Below are positions 14,296 to 38,800 of a DNA stretch of 64,000 nt, piece by piece. This DNA is from Chrysomallon squamiferum. Lineage: Eukaryota; Animalia; Mollusca. The first letter of the stretch is position 1. Each line of letters starts with the position of its first letter. The stretch lies in the NCBI GenBank assembly GCA_012295275.1, contig CM022679.1:20708001-20772000 (forward strand). Direction: 5' to 3'. The notes beneath the pieces were generated by a model. That model was not told where the DNA came from, ran no database searches, and worked only from the letters and a program-made list of their open reading frames with translations. A program made the translations under genes and the position numbers.

Positions 14296-15649
14296 CCGAC
14301 TGGACCAACTATAAAAATAACGAAGCATGTAGTGAAGCGATCTCCTTGTGTTTAGCCAACTAATCATTGAACCGACTGTGTCAGTGTTAACAAAATAATT
14401 AAAACTCATAAAAAAACGGTTTCTCTACTTGGTTAATTATCCACAGAACAATTAAGTTAAGTGTAGAAAATATGCGATAATATATTGTCTGTTTGGAATT
14501 AAATATTAATGTTTGAAAGGGAAGAACCGAATAATACAACAGTTGTCCTGTTCAGTTAAGTTTCCATCGCAGCTTTCATTTGTCTTAGACATTTCATGAT
14601 TTACAAGCCAGAATTGCCTATATATCTTTTGTTCCACTTCTTTATTTTTCATCTCGACATTAATTACGGAAAATGTTGTTCTATTAATACATGTTAAAAT
14701 ATAACACATTAATAAGATGTAAGTGTACATAAAGAAAACGTTAATTTGTCGTAGTTTAAACAAGCATATGCTGGATGGACATGGACCTGCAGGACATCGA
14801 GAAGCAATGTTTCTGCCACTAGATATGATATTAAATGTAACAAGTAGAACACTTTTTTCTATTTCTAGTAAATACTTCTACTTTTTTACAAACGAATGAG
14901 AAAAAAGAGAAGAAAAAAAAAAAACTGAAAAATAGAACGACTGTTATAAAATAATTTTCCGTTTTAGATTTTTTGGCAGAAGTGAAAGCCTGGCTGTAGT
15001 TTGTGTAAATTTTAATATCGATATCGTGGCAATACTGGACGGTGCGCTACACATGCGACACTCTTCCGTTTTAGACTGAAAAGTATATAGATACCGTGAT
15101 AGCTCCCTTTTTGTATCCGCCCCTAAACTGGGTGCACCGGAGAATTCAAGACTGTAAAATTTCTGCACTGAAACATATTCGTGATAATGAAGTCGTTCTA
15201 TGTAGAAAGATTCAGAAATAATTATACTGGAAAAAGGTAGGCAGTCGAATGATTAGATAAAATATTTGTAGCATATCTGACAAGGTTAGTATGAGGATGA
15301 CAAGAAGCGTGTGCATATGGATGTTAAATTCCCAGACATGTGAGAAAAGCATATAATAGACAAAAATAAATTAAAAATAAATAAAATAAATAAAAAATAT
15401 ATGTCCATGACAAACAGCCACATCCATCCACTGATCCATCCTTTTGACTTTTTGATCTCACTGTTTTTAACTCTGTGGTTTCAATAGTGAATGACGTACT
15501 TGCATAACCACACAGAAACTATACTGAAAGAAAACTTATGAAATTTCAGCTACGATCGTATTTCTGAATGCATTTTTACGCGTCTGGTGGTATATGACGT
15601 CGCTCTATAGACTGTTTTTATCGATTAACCGAGAGTCAGTTTTTTTGTT

Positions 15650-15805
15650 GTTATGCTACCTTGGTGTAGAACCAGCAATGTATCACTTGTATTACTATTC
15701 TTTTGTATGCCACCTTGTTGTAGTTGCAGCAACGTATCAGTTGTATTACTATTACTGTTTATACCCACCTCGGTGTAGTACCAGCAACGTTTCAGTTGTA
15801 TTCCT
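15650..15805. repeat. ~59-bp unit, about 3 copies
   Basis: ACCT(T/C)G(G/T)TGTAG...CAGCAA(T/C)GT(A/T)TCA(C/G)TTGTATT is repeated three times. Confidence 0.75.
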
Positions 15806-16156
15806 TTCAGTTCTGTAATTTGTTTATGATGTTTTATTACCTGTAGATACATAACTAGAAAAACAAAACAAAAATTTGAACATTTTAGTTGTTTATTTTT
15901 ATAATAAACATAATTTTTAAAGCTATATTTTTTATTATTCTTAGTGATTATGTATATTGTTTGCTTTTGTTTAACATCAAAAATATCATTTAGTCCAAAT
16001 TGATTTGATGAATATAATTTGTAATTATCTCTCAATGTTGCCGACAAATAAACAAACACACATATATCAGCTCATGTACATTACAGTATAGTGGGGTTTT
16101 AAAATTTAATTTAGATTTCAGTCCAGATTTGTTAAAAATTACAAATTTTAATTCAG

Positions 16157-19100
16157 GTTTTGGACGAAGCTGATTGTTTGTTGGAAGACAATTGTGGTTC
16201 TCAACTGGTAGAAATTTTTTAAAGTGATCCCAACAAAATGTCAGACTTCGTTATTCAGTGCCACAATGAGAGAAATCATCCAGCAACTACCAGAAGTTTC
16301 TACTAATAAACCTTTCTTTTGGCACCAGTCTTCCAAGTAAATAAATTTAAAAAAAATCACTTATTAGATAAAATAGAAATTCAAACTTTGAGAAATAGGT
16401 ATATTTTTTCCAACAGAAAGAATGAGCATAAAAAGTTATTTATTTTAAAATATTTCCACAAACATTTATACACTTTATGACTGCAGTTGCACAAAAAGAA
16501 ATTCGTTTAAAAAAAAAAAGAATAAAAAATCTGGAAATATTCTTATGACAAGAGTTGTTTCTCAAGTTAGAAACGTAACATATCAAAACCCAAGGTCAGT
16601 GTATGATCATCACTGGAGAAGTGAAACTTTCTTTTGTGTTTTATTCAGTTTGGCAAAATGCAGTTACAACTCTTCTGGCTGGAACCCTTTGTAATATGTC
16701 TGTGAAGCAAAATTACTACTGGCAAACTTCATGTTTCTCACACTAATAGTTGTAAGAGAGAAAATTCTGGTAATTAATAGGCAGAATTATTTTTTATGTC
16801 TATAATAACCCACCATTAAAATATTTTGTTGTTAAAATTGTTATTTCCAGTGTTGCTACTGTTGATGAGTTGGTGCAGACCTATGTTCTCATGCCAGCTG
16901 ATTTGAAAGATGCCTACTTGATCCACATTCTTCAGAAATGTACAACAGAAAACGAGAAGGGGTCTATCATTATGTTCACCAGCATTTGCAAGTACAAGAA
17001 TTTTTTCATGATCTAATCTTGCAATAAATCACACACTTAAGTTTGATTTTATATGCAGACATGCTCATTAATAATGCTATTTATTGCATCTGTCACCGAA
17101 TCAGGCTCTAATCTTCCATTCTCTGCAAAAACAAAAACAAATGTCTAAACATCCAGTTATTTTCTTTTCACATTAAATTGATATATTAATGCAGTTTTTT
17201 AATTTTAATAATAAATGCATACCTCAGTTGAAAAACTATGAGTTGAATGTCAAGATTCATTCAGGTAATTTAATGTTATTCTGCCTTGGAAGACAGTTTC
17301 TAAATTTATTGGTACTGTCCAGTTAGTTTGGCTGCTTGTTTTGATTTCTCTACAGATTTTTGTTGTTGTTATTATTTATTACTGGGTTGTCAGGTTTGAG
17401 CCAGTGATTCACATGTCTGAATTACATTTTCTGAAAACTAAATAACTCTATCTACAAATACCAAAAAATGTCTTCGAATTTCACTTAAAAACACTGAGCT
17501 TTTTTCTGATCCACTATTATTATTATTGTGTTGTTGTTGTTACATCAGTGCTGTTTATGTGTTTCAGGTATGTCATGAACTTGGTTTTCCCACTGTTGTT
17601 CTGCATTCAATGATTCCACAGAAACAGCGACTAGCAGCACTGGCCAAGTTCAAGTCAAATCAAATCCGGATCCTCATCGCCACTGATGTAGCTAGCAGGT
17701 AAAACTGTGCTTAGTTTTACAAATCTTAAACAGAAATGTGTTGATAGGAATCCTCTGCACTGATGTAGCTAGCAGGTAAAACTGTGCTTAGTTTTACAAA
17801 TCTTAAACAGAAATGTGTTGATAGGAATCCTCTGCACTGATGTAGCTAGCAGGTAAAACTGTTTAGTTTTACAAATCTTAAACAGAAATGTGTTGATAGG
17901 AATCCTCTGCACTGATGTAGCTAGCAGGTAAAACTGTGCTTAGTTTTACAAATCTTAAACAGAAATGTGTTGATAGGAATCCTCTGCACTGATGTAGCTA
18001 GCAGGTAAAGCTGTGTTTAGTTTTACAAATCTTAAACAGAAATGTGTTGATAGGAATCCTCTGCACTGATGTAGCTAGCAGGTAAAACTGTGCTTAGTTT
18101 TACAAATCTTAAACAGAAATGTGTTGATAGGAATCCTCTGCACTGATGTAGCTAGCAGGTAAAACTGTGCTTAGTTTTACAAATCTTAAACAGAAATGTG
18201 TTGATAGGAATCCTCTACATTTTTAGAATGAGATTACAAAACTGATTAAATTTAACAAATTGTCAGTAAAAATTGTAAAATAAACATGCTGTGATCAATG
18301 TGAGAAATTTAACAACAAGAACAAACAAATCATAATCTAGTTTAAATGCATTTTTACAGAATTAGAAAAATATGTTATTCAAGGTATCAAATGTTTGATC
18401 TGATACAGGTTTAAACTGAAATACATCACATCTGTATTTGAATGAAGAAGTGAACTAAAGTTATATGGGTGTGTGTGTATGTGTGAAATTTATTTCCTGT
18501 CTTATTATTTATATCTTTACTTCTTTTTAAACATGAGTTTTGACATATAATCAGATATATAAAAAAAAAAAAAAAAAAAAAACATCTTTCAGTTATTACA
18601 GTGTACAGGATTGTGCTGTAATATTAATTTTATGGGATTTTGGGTTTTTTTTTTGCTTAAACGTATTTGTTTATTTGTTGGTTTTATTTGTTTTTTTAAA
18701 GAAATTATATACCAGTATTGCTTTATTTTTTTCATTATACATTACTGAGTTTTTTTTATTTTTATTATATCAATATATGTATTGACAGAGGTTTAGATAT
18801 TCCAACAGTAGACTACATTATCAATCACAATGTACCAAAGAGAGAGAAAGATTACATAAACTGATTAGCGAGAACAGCAAGAGCAGGTGAATTTTAAAAT
18901 CATTGTTAATAATGTGTGTTTAATTAACTGATATACAACAGGAATAATCAGCTTTTTCCTTCCCTAATCTGAATGAAATATCTCAAAATATTTGGTTTTT
19001 TTTTCATTTCATATAATAATTTTAGGTATAATTGTGGGTGTTTGTGTATGTATATAGATAGACAGAAAGATAGACAGATATGGATGCAAGGGTGGTGGTA

Positions 19101-19487
19101 TTTTCTTATAATGTAATGCCTATAAAATGTTTGTAATGATATTTCATCTTTTGTTATTTTAATTATTTTATTGTTTTATATATATATATGTGTGTGTGTG
19201 TGTGTGAATTTTATTTAATTTGATAAATTTAATTGATTATCACTAATTTAAATGTTTAAAATGTATTGCAAATAAAAAAAGAATTGTGTCTACATTAGAA
19301 GAAGCTTCCTATTTAAACAGCTGTCTGTTATTGGAATAAAGTAAACACATGTTTGATGAGCTTGCAAACATTATTAAAATACTTGTTAAACTAGGAAGTT
19401 GTAGTATTATTACAGAAACTGGATGAAGAAGATTTTGGAGAGAACAAGTTGACCAATAAAAGAAAAATACTGATCCTGGTGGGCAAG
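16157..19487 (+). pseudogene. DDX49: Unprocessed, partial DEAD-box RNA helicase DDX49/DBP8 pseudogene. Exons 16157-16336, 16851-16991, 17568-17698, 18789-18886, 19416-19487
   Basis: The GT-AG bounded exons translate to VLDEADCLLE..QTSLFSATM..NKPFFW / VATVDELVQTYVLMPADLKDAYLIHIL..SIIMFTSICK / ELGFPTVVLHSMIPQKQRLAALAKFKSNQIRILIATDVASR / GLDIPTVDYIINHNVP..DYIN*LARTARAG / KLDEEDFGENKLTNKRKILILVGK. PFFW, KDAYL and NKRKxLIL match DDX49 as I recall it. Lesions: +1 T at 16215-16220, a frame break at 17568, TGA at 18862-18864 in motif VI, and no N-terminal (Q, I, Ia, Ib) exons found. Confidence 0.9.
17681..18217 (+). repeat. 77-bp tandem repeat, 7 copies, spanning the DDX49 exon end and splice donor
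   Basis: CACTGATGTAGCTAGCAG|GTAAAACTGTG... recurs near 17681, 17758, 17835, 17910, 17987, 18064 and 18141, nearly identical. Confidence 0.97.
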
Positions 19488-20056
19488 GTTAATGTTATTT
19501 TCACTGTGTTCTGTTCAGGTACGGCAGTATAAAATATTATATTTTACTGTTAAACTTTCATTTGTTAATTAGCTTTAGTACTTAATTAATATCATACCAT
19601 CTTAATGTTTTGTATGTGTGGGTGCTTGCGTGTGTATGTCAGAGTGTGTTATATAATTTCTAAGTGTTTAAATTTTTATCAAATGAATTCAGTTTTTGTG
19701 GAGTCAGCTTGATAATTAATGTGCACATGACGTTTCAAGTCAAGATTCAGCATCAGGATGAAATTTCATAGAGTGTTAAAAGATGTGCGAGTTTTAATTG
19801 CATTGCAAATACTAACAGTTATTCATTGCTTACTTACTGAAAGGAGTTTGTAAATACTAAATCATAAAAGTGTAAATGAAATATCCAGTATACATAAACA
19901 TAGTGTTTATAAAATAATTTAGTTTTATGAGATTCTTAAATTGTAGGTTTCAGAATTATAGAAATTTCTAAAATTAAGAACTAAATTAAACATGTCTTTT
20001 AAGAGTGGACACATTTATTTTCCTGAGAAAAAAGAAAAGAAAGCCAAGCAATCAAA

Positions 20057-20060
<4 letters not shown>

Positions 20061-20145
<85 letters not shown>
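20061..20145. repeat. (GA)n microsatellite
   Basis: Perfect run. Confidence 0.99.
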
Positions 20146-20146
<1 letters not shown>

Positions 20147-20248
20147 AAATAATAATAAATTCGATTTTGTTGTGGTGGTGACCTTACATTTATTGTTATG
20201 CAAAGACAGAAATAATTAAAATGATTAACTTGAGTGACACTAGACTGT

Positions 20249-20254
20249 TTTATT
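20249..20254 (-). promoter_or_regulatory. Candidate polyadenylation signal AATAAA for the GON-TSP1 gene
   Basis: TTTATT on + lies ~375 nt past the stop codon; a second copy is at ~20189. The AT-rich context makes chance hits likely. Confidence 0.3.
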
Positions 20255-20319
20255 AAATAAGCTAAATTCTAAAATACAAATAAAGCATAGCCATCTCAAC
20301 CTTAATACCTCTATATATG

Positions 20320-20612
20320 ATAATCTAACAAATATGTATATCGTGATATCTGAGTACTTGATGATATAACAAATATGTATATCTTGATATCTCAGTATTT
20401 AATAATATAAATAAATATGTGTATATCTTGATATCTCAGTATTAAAAAATATAAATATATATGTGTATACATTAATATCTCAGTATTTAATAACAAATAT
20501 ATGTATATCATATATCTGTGCATTTGATAATATAACAAATATATGTGGATCTTGATATCTGTCTGATAATACAACAACTATGTGTATATCTTGATATGTG
20601 TGTATTTGATGA
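20320..20612. repeat. ~40-bp AT-rich minisatellite (AACAAATATGTATATCTTGATATCTCAGTATTT) in the presumed 3' UTR
   Basis: About 7 imperfect copies. Confidence 0.8.
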
Positions 20613-20628
20613 AACTATTCTTTTCCGT

Positions 20629-31886
<11,258 letters not shown>

Positions 31887-31891
<5 letters not shown>

Positions 31892-32022
31892 TTCACTGTT
31901 AATTAAAACTAGTTCAGTACTTTCATTTCACTGTGAATCAAAAAATAGTTCAGTATCCTCTTTTCACAATTAATTAAAAATAGTTCAGTATCTTCATTTC
32001 ACTGTCAATTAAAAACAGTTCA
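31887..32022 (-). repeat. ~35-bp tandem repeat, 4 copies, covering the start-codon context of the GON-TSP1 gene
   Basis: TTCATTTCACTGT..AT(T/C)AAAAA.TAGTTCAGTA is repeated; on - it reads ...ACAG|TGAAATGAA. Confidence 0.85.
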
Positions 32023-32503
32023 ATAAATAGGAATCAATAAGTACAGCATCTCAAATATTCTTTAGTTTTGAAACGTGTTCCTGCAACGACTCAGTTAAAA
32101 TATACTTAATTATATACATTTTCATTCATACATACGTACATACCTATATACGTACAGACACACACACAAACACATAAATACACATGCAGACACATATATA
32201 CATACGTTCATTCATAATTATATACAATCACTTTCACTGTTAATATTCTTAGTGTATATGTATGGCTGTGTGAGTGTTTTTATGTCTGTATGCGTATGTT
32301 TTGTGTGTGTGTGTGTGTTACATTTGTATCTGGGTGTACGTGTTTCGTTGTGTATATCTGTGTGTGTTTATGTGTGTTGTATCCGTGTGTGTAAGTGTAT
32401 GTATGTCTTGCAACGTTAAAAGATCATGAATATTTCATTTTTACCTTTTGGAGTTTTGACAAACATAATAAAAACATAAGTTTTCACAAAGTGCACAAAA
32501 AAG

Positions 32504-32730
32504 TGACGTCACTAACTTAATAATTAGCTAAAATATTCTTTGCAGTAATCCATTAACAATACGAATACAATATTTATACTATACTTCTTGCAAACCACTA
32601 AAATATGGTGTATTTGTGTAAATAAAATAATAGTTACCTAGCACTGTCATCCGTTAAAAAATATATGTATTTAAAAAAGAAATAAATCAAAATAAATAGC
32701 CATCGTTACAAAATATCTTTTCTGACGTCA
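32504..32730. promoter_or_regulatory. Two perfect CRE palindromes (TGACGTCA at 32504-32511 and 32723-32730) upstream of the GON-TSP1 start codon
   Basis: Exact motif matches 0.6-0.85 kb upstream of the ATG in AT-rich DNA. Function is inferred only. Confidence 0.4.
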
Positions 32731-32994
32731 TTCATGCGACAATGACATAATTAATCCGATGTCGATAATTCATTAAAACGACAAAAGTGTTTAATCTGAA
32801 ATACCTGAAAATTATGAAAACAAAACTTCTTTTTATTTCTTTCTTTATTTAATGTTATTGTTGTTGTTAGGTCGGATTAAATAAAAAAACTTGTTGTTGT
32901 TACAGTTAGTAAATACGAGTATAAACTAAAGCAAGAAAAAAAAAAAAAAAAAATTAAAAACAAAAGTAAAAAAAGTAAAAAAAAAGTAAACAAT

Positions 32995-33987
32995 AAACAC
33001 ACCACACGCACCATACACTTCACACGCACCACACACAACACACACACCATACGAATTTACACCACACGCACCACACACTCCACACACCATATGCACGACA
33101 CACACACCAACGAACTATACACACACACCACACGCACCACACGCATCGTACACTCCACATGCAGCACACACACCACACGCAGCACACACGCACAACACAG
33201 GCACCACACACACCACACGCACCACACATTCACCAGACACACCACACGCATCGTACACTCCACATGCAGCACACACACCACACGCAGCACACACGCACAA
33301 CACAGGCACCACACACACCACACGCACCACACATTCACCAGACACACCACACGCACCACACACCGCACACTCCACACACACCGACATACCATACGCACAG
33401 ACACACTCACACACAAACTCACACACACTCACAGACACACTCACATACATTCACAGCCACTCAGACACACAGTCACACACACACATACTCACTAACACAC
33501 ACACTCACTCACAAACACACTCACTCAAACGCTCTCATTCACACACACTCTCACTCACACAAAGACATTCACATTCATACACATACACTCACAAACTGAC
33601 ACATACGCACACTCTCACATACACACACACTCTCACTCACACACTCATACACACTCTCACACACAGTCTCACAGACACTCTCACACACAGACACACTCAC
33701 ACACACTCTTACACACACACTCTCACACACAAGACACATACACACTCACAGACACACAGTCACACTCAGAGACACACTAAAACAGACACTAACAATAACA
33801 GACTCACAAACACACTCACAATCATACACACTCTCACGCACGCACACTCACACACAAACTCTCTCGCACATAGGCACCCGCACGCGCGCACTCTCACACT
33901 CATCTTTACTCACACACTCACACAAACACATTCACATACACAGTTACACAGACAGAATCACACACCCACTCACATTCTCACACACTC
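32995..33987. repeat. CA/CAC-rich low-complexity tract with an internal ~114-bp direct duplication
   Basis: Degenerate (CA)n; the segment ~33126-33240 is repeated at ~33240-33355. Confidence 0.95.
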
Positions 33988-34019
33988 AAATTCTGCACTT
34001 TTTATTCATTTGTTTTTCA

Positions 34020-35815
34020 GGAAATTGCTTGTTGTTGTTAAAATAAAAACATCACTAAATAAAATAATTTATTTCTTCTTTTGTATTTTATTAATATTCT
34101 GATATTTATTAATTATTAAATATTCTGGGAATTTTTAATTAATTGAATTTTGTTTCTTTTAGAATTTTATATGCATTCAATAACATATGTTTCTCTGTAT
34201 ATATCTATGTGTGTGTGTATTTGTAGACTTATCTACCTTTAGTGACATGTTTTCACGAACACAGATAGAGATAGTTCGCTTATGTGAGATATACGCACTA
34301 ACCAAAGTAGAAATTATATCGATTAGACTTATCTCACTTTAGTGATATGTATTCAGGAACACACATTACAGTTATGTCCCTTACTTGAGATGTACTCACT
34401 AAGGAAAGTAAAAATTATATCGATTAGATTTATCTCCCTTTAATGATATGTGTTCACGAACACAGATTAGAGTTAAGTCCCTTACGTGAGATATACTCAC
34501 TAAAGAAATTAAAAATTATATCGATTTTCCAAAATACAGTGTGATACTTTATTTATTTGTTTACTTATTTATTTATTCTATCCTGTCTACTTTACTTGTT
34601 GTTTTTACAATAAATTATTTTATTTACTGACTTTTTTTATTTTGTCATTTGATAGAATGGGTTTTTAGTTTCCGAATTTATTATTTCTTTTGTATTTTAT
34701 TAATATTCTGATATTTATTTATTATTAAATTTTCTGGGAATATTTAATTAATTGAATTTTGTCTCTTTTAGAATTTTATATGCATTGAGTACAAGATGTT
34801 TATCTGTATATGTGTTTGTGTGTGTGTGTGTGAGTGTGTGTATTTTTATATGTGTCTATATCTATATATATATAATAAGAAAACTAAAAATCATATCGTT
34901 TAGAATTATCTCCCTTTAGTGATTTGTGTTCAGAAACACAGATTAGAGTTTGGTCCATTACTTGAGATGTACTCACTAAGGAATGTAAAAATTATATAGA
35001 TTAGACTTACCTCCGTTTAGTGATATGTGTTCACTAACACACATTACAGTTAGGTCCCATACGTGAGATGTACTCACTAAGCAAAGTAAAAACTAAATAG
35101 ATCAGACTTATCTCCCTTTAGTGAAATGTGTTCCCAAACACAGATTAGATTTAGGTCCGTTACTTGAGATGTACTCACTAAGCACAGTAAGAATTATATC
35201 GATTAGACTTATCTGCCTTTAGTGATATCTGTTCACGAACAGAGATTAGAGTTAGGTCCCTTACGTGAGATGTACTCATTAAGGAATCTAAAAATTATAT
35301 CGATTTTCCACAATACAGTATAATACTTTATTTATTTGTTCACTTATTAATTTATTTTATCCGGTCTCCTTTGCTTGTTGTTGTTAAAATAAAACAATAA
35401 GTAAATAAAATTATTTATTGTGTCATTTGATAGAATGGGTTTTTATTATCAGAATATATTATTTCTTTTTGTATTTTATTAATATTCTGATGTTTATTTA
35501 TTATTAAATTTTCTGACAATTTTTAATTAATTGAATTTTGTTTCTTTTAGAATTTTATATGCATTTAGTACCAGATGTTTCTCTGTATATGTTTGTGTGT
35601 GAGTGTGTGTATTTGTATGTATGTCTATATATCGATTAGACCTATCTCCCTTTAGTGATATGTGTTCACAAACACAGATTAGAGTTAGTTCCATTACTTG
35701 AGATGTACTCACTAAGCACAGTAAGAAATATATCGATTAGACTTATCTCCCTTTACTGATATGTGTTCACGAACAGAGATTAGAGATCGGTCCCTTACGT
35801 GAGATGTACTCATTT
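34020..35815 (+). repeat. Compound repeat: three ~600-780-bp units containing 101-bp subrepeats (GATTAGACTTATCTCCCTTTAGTGATATGTGTTCAC...GATTAGAGTTAGGTCCCTTACGTGAGATGTACTCACT...)
   Basis: 101-nt period (34321/34422; 34999/35100/35201). The larger-unit landmark GTATTTTATTAATATTCTGAT occurs at ~34083, 34693 and 35471. Confidence 0.93.
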
Positions 35816-35819
35816 GTTA

Positions 35820-38800
35820 AAGGAAACTAAAAAAATAATAATTCTCATTATTCTGTCATTGATGTCATCATTGTTATTTCTTTTGTTAATAGCTGTATGA
35901 TTCTCATCATCAGTATTATCACTATTACTATTTTCATTATTGATGTAAAAAATTTTACTCTTATTGAAATTAATTTATTTCATTTTATTTTAATAACTTT
36001 TTCTAAAGCAAATACTTTTATTTTTCACTTTTTAGTAACTTGTTCTTTACAAAATGTGCAGGCATTTCTGTTTACCATTTCGGTGATGTCCTTCGACTAC
36101 ACCATTCTTAAGCAGACGGTGCATGTGTGGATTCTCCTCTTCAGCCTCCTCTTCGGTTTCCTCTTCGGTTTCCTCTTGGTTCTCTTGTTTCCTCTTCTCA
36201 TCCTGAGAAAACAAACCGTAGAAATTAATTTATTTCATTTTATTAAAACAAATACAAAATTAATTCCATGACCATTCTTAAGCAGATGGTGTGATTCTCC
36301 TCTTACTCTTTATTCTTTTCAACCGTAGAAATGTCGTTATTTCATTTAACAAACATTAAAACAAATACAAAATTAATTCCATGACTACTAGTGTTACTCT
36401 TATTCTTTTAATCATATTGTTCTTAAATTCTGCTTCATGATGGTGATGATGTTTTTAATTAAATTTACTACTATCACTATCAATATTATTTTTACTAATA
36501 TTATTACTATTAATTTCTTTCATTTTATTTGAATTACTTTTTTCAAGCAAATATTTCTTTTTCCAATTTTTATTAATTTGTTCTTTACGAAATGTACAGA
36601 CATTTCTGTTTACCATTTCGGTGATGTCCTTCGACTACACCATTCTTAAGCAGAAGGTGCATGTGTAGATTCTCTTCAGTTTCGTCTTCTCATCCTGGGA
36701 AAATAAACCGTAGAATTGTCTATATTTCTTTTAACAAACATTAGAACAAATACAAATTTAATTTCATCATTACTAATGTTACCGTCATTACTATCATCAT
36801 CATTATAATTATTATTATTCTCTTTGATAATGATGATGATGATGTTGATGTCATCAATGTTATTGCTCGTTAACTGTATGATTGTCATCATCAGTATTAT
36901 CACTATTACTATTTTATTTTGATTACTATTATTAAATTTAATATATTTCATTTGATTTTTATTACCTTTTCTAAAGCAAATAATTTAGTTTTTCACTTTT
37001 TATTAACTTGTTCTTTACAAAATATACAGGCATTTCTGTTTACCATTTCGGTGATGTCCTTCGCCTACACCATTCTTAAGCAGAAGGTGCATGTGTAGAC
37101 ATCAATATGTCTACGTTAAAATGGATACATGCCAACTGAAATGGCAGAAATCCGAGGAAAATGAAAAACCCATTCCTGGCTTCATCTGTGGATTCTGGTA
37201 TTCATTTTCCTCTTGTGCTACTGGGAAAACAAACCGTAGGAATGTCAGTATTTCATTTTTCAAACTTTAAATCAAATAAAGAATTAATTCCGTCATTGCT
37301 AGTGTTACCCTTTTTATTATCATCATAATATATCACATATTCTCTTTGATGATGAAGATGTTCCTGATAATGTTGTTGTAGTTGTTGTTTTTATTGTTAT
37401 TCTCATTATTATTCTCATTTTCAGTACTGCCATTATTGTTTTTACTATTGTTGTTGTTGTTACTATAACTTTATTTTATTTTGTTTTATCTCATCTCACT
37501 CCCTTTAATTACTTTTTATGAAGCCAATACTTTTCTTTTTTATTAAGCTTTTTCAAAAAATGTACAGGCATTTCTCTTTACCATTCAGATGATGTCTCTC
37601 TCCTGCAGCACTCTTTCACCTTCTTCACCTGTGAGATCTACGGATTATAAAGCAGAACATGCATGTGTAGACATCAGTATTAAGAGTCTGATGCCTACGT
37701 TAAAATAAATACACGCCCACCCAAATGCCGGCAAACCCCCAAAAATTAAAAACCTATTCCTGATTTCAGCTGTGTATTCCTGTCTTCATTTTCCTCTTCT
37801 CATCCTGTGAAAACAAATCTAAAAATGTCAGAAGTTCATATAACAAGCATTAAAACAAATACAAAATTAATTCCATGACTACTAGTATTACACTTATTGT
37901 TTTAATCATATTGTTATTAAATTCTCATTCATGATAGTGATGTTTTTAAATTTAATAATCACTACTATCACTATCAATATTAGTTTTATTAATATTATCA
38001 CTATTAATTTCTTTCATTTAATTTTAATTAGCTTTTTAAAGCAAATATTTCTTTTTTCACTTTTTACTAATTTGTTCTTTACAAAATGTACAGGCATTTC
38101 TGTTTACCATTTCGGTGATGTCCTTCGACTGCACCATTCTTAAGCAGAAGGTGCATGTGTAGATTCTCCTCTTCAGTTTCGTCTTCTCATCCTCAGAAAA
38201 CAAACCGTAGAAATTTTATTATTTCATTTAACAAACTTTAAAACAAATACAAACTTAATTCCATCATCATTAGTGTTACCATCATTACTATCATCATCAT
38301 GATAATTCTCACTAATCTCTTCAATCTGATGATGGACTTCAGGTTGATGTCATGATTGTTATTGCTCTTGCGAACTTCATTATTACCATCATCAGTATTA
38401 TCACTATTACAATTTTGATTATTATTGTAAAAATTATTACTATTATTAAAATTAATTTATCTCATTTTATTTTAATTACTTTTTTTCAAGCAAATATTTT
38501 TATTTTTCAGTTTTTATAAACTTGTTCTTTACAAAATGTACAAGCATTTCTGTCTACCATTTCTGTGATGTCCTTCGCTTACACCATTCTTAAGCAGAAG
38601 GTGCATGTGCAGATTTTCCTCTCCTGTTTCTTCTTCTAATCCTGAAGGCATTTCTGTTTATCATTTCGGTGATGTCCTTTGCCCACGCCATTCTTAAGCA
38701 GAAGGTGCATGTGTAGATTCTGCTCTTCGGTTTACTCTTCTCATCCGGAGAAAAAACGTAGAAATGTCATTATTTCATTTAACAAATATTAAAACAAATA

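Noticed and set aside
14765-14825. MDMDLQ resembling the DDX49 GGMDMxxQ segment
   Set aside because: Too short, not followed by the ATPGRL motif, and lacking convincing splice sites.
19992-20219. ERERER / LSLSLS ORFs (also 28376-28699, 47858-48190, 62495-62770)
   Set aside because: Translations of (GA)n/(CT)n microsatellites.
33020-33599. Cys/Val-rich and His/Thr-rich ORFs resembling metallothionein or His-rich proteins
   Set aside because: They are products of degenerate (CA)n sequence, which is open in nearly all frames on both strands.
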